Positions 56,014 to 56,497 of a stretch of DNA of 56,497 nt are shown in pieces. A model generated the notes under the pieces. That model saw only the letters and a program-made list of their open reading frames with translations. It was not told where the DNA came from and ran no database searches. The position numbers were made by a program, and so were the translations under genes. The DNA comes from an uncultured Clostridia bacterium (GTDB taxonomy: Bacteria; Bacillota; Clostridia; Peptostreptococcales; Anaerovoracaceae): the NCBI GenBank assembly GCA_946006945.1, contig CAMFZN010000001.1, positions 1 to 56,497 of the forward strand. The letters run 5' to 3'. Positions within the stretch are counted from its first letter, which is position 1. Each line of letters begins with the position of its first letter.

Positions 56014-56497
56014 TTGGGCAAAAGATTTATCAGAACACAAAAGAACAGCGACATATTCCTCAGAGAGACGCGTGTTGAGAATCTATTTATCAATGAGTAT
56101 CTTCCGAGCGCTCCGGGGGATTATGTTCGCGTATATATTTTTGCACTGATGGCTGCTCAGAATCTTGAAGAGATAGATAACAGCAAGTTCGCCAAGCTGC
56201 TTGGAATGACCGAGACTGAGGTTGACAACGCATGGAACTACTGGGCAAGAAGAGGTGTAGTCAGACTTATCAACACTGAAGATGGATCTGATTACGGAAT
56301 CGAATTCATAAGCCTGATAGACCGCATATATTCCAATTCCTCAATTGAGGCAAAATCATATGAGGCTGAGAAGGAAGAAGTTGTTTCATCAAATGAATCA
56401 TATGATGATGAGATAAGCGATGAATTTGAGGAGGAGGAGTCGGCGGCAGAGAAGATGCTAAGACTCATCAATGAAGGAGTCAAAAGCATCTATGATG
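56014..56497 (+). CDS. DnaD-domain replication protein, N-terminal part (runs off the window)
   Basis: Hand translation from TTG 56014 (GGAGAA RBS) gives LGKRFIRTQKNSDIFLRETRVENLFINEYLPSAPGDYVRVYIFALMAAQ..., open to the window end. The N-terminal pattern is typical of DnaD/DnaB_2-domain proteins. The start codon is uncertain. Confidence 0.55.
   Translation, partial: MGKRFIRTQKNSDIFLRETRVENLFINEYLPSAPGDYVRVYIFALMAAQNLEEIDNSKFAKLLGMTETEVDNAWNYWARRGVVRLINTEDGSDYGIEFISLIDRIYSNSSIEAKSYEAEKEEVVSSNESYDDEISDEFEEEESAAEKMLRLINEGVKSIYD

Noticed and set aside
1-56497. Searched by eye for CRISPR arrays, tRNA/rRNA genes, transposases, integrases, toxin-antitoxin or defence modules
   Set aside because: None was found. 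Intergenic regions are short, and all are accounted for by promoters, terminators, the FMN riboswitch, oriC or the htrA 3' insert. No regularly spaced repeats were seen, and no ORF has recombinase, nuclease or defence-type motifs.

Overview
The window covers the chromosomal replication origin of a low-to-moderate-GC Firmicute. The clostridial or Lachnospiraceae flavour is inferred from gene content only. Nearly everything here is core housekeeping. From about 1 to 42.1 kb most genes are on the minus strand: aconitase with a Re-citrate-synthase-like enzyme, trpS, transporters, ispE, tadA, tyrS-upp-rpiB-tsaC-prfA-rpmE, and jag-yidC-yidD-rnpA-rpmH. Several plus-strand units interrupt this run: an AGCS symporter, htrA, pepT, a 2-hydroxyacyl-CoA-dehydratase-family/activase locus, and an FMN-riboswitch-controlled ribD-ribE-ribBA-ribH operon. 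A bipartite oriC flanks dnaA (42.1-44.0 kb). It has DnaA boxes on both sides, and between dnaA and dnaN it shows the B. subtilis-type order of tandem boxes, GC cluster, DnaA-trios and AT-rich unwinding element. To the right everything is on the plus strand: dnaA-dnaN, recF-mnmE-mnmG-rsmG, parA-parB, a GdpP-like DHH protein, rplI, dnaB and a truncated DnaD-domain gene. I found no rRNA or tRNA genes, CRISPR array, transposase, integrase or obvious defence/toxin module, and I see no convincing undescribed system. The observations most worth a second look are these. (1) A single-subunit dehydratase-family (double-cubane-type) reductase with DUF3343 and an activase, of unknown substrate. (2) A GC-rich insert of about 110 nt flanked by 16-bp direct repeats between the htrA stop and its terminator. 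(3) Three 15/16 parS sites clustered just upstream of parAB. (4) An origin-proximal gene order different from the B. subtilis/Clostridium layout. (5) A perfect 8-4-8 palindrome on the start site of the citrate-synthase promoter. Start codons were chosen by eye from RBS spacing. No database search or computation was possible.
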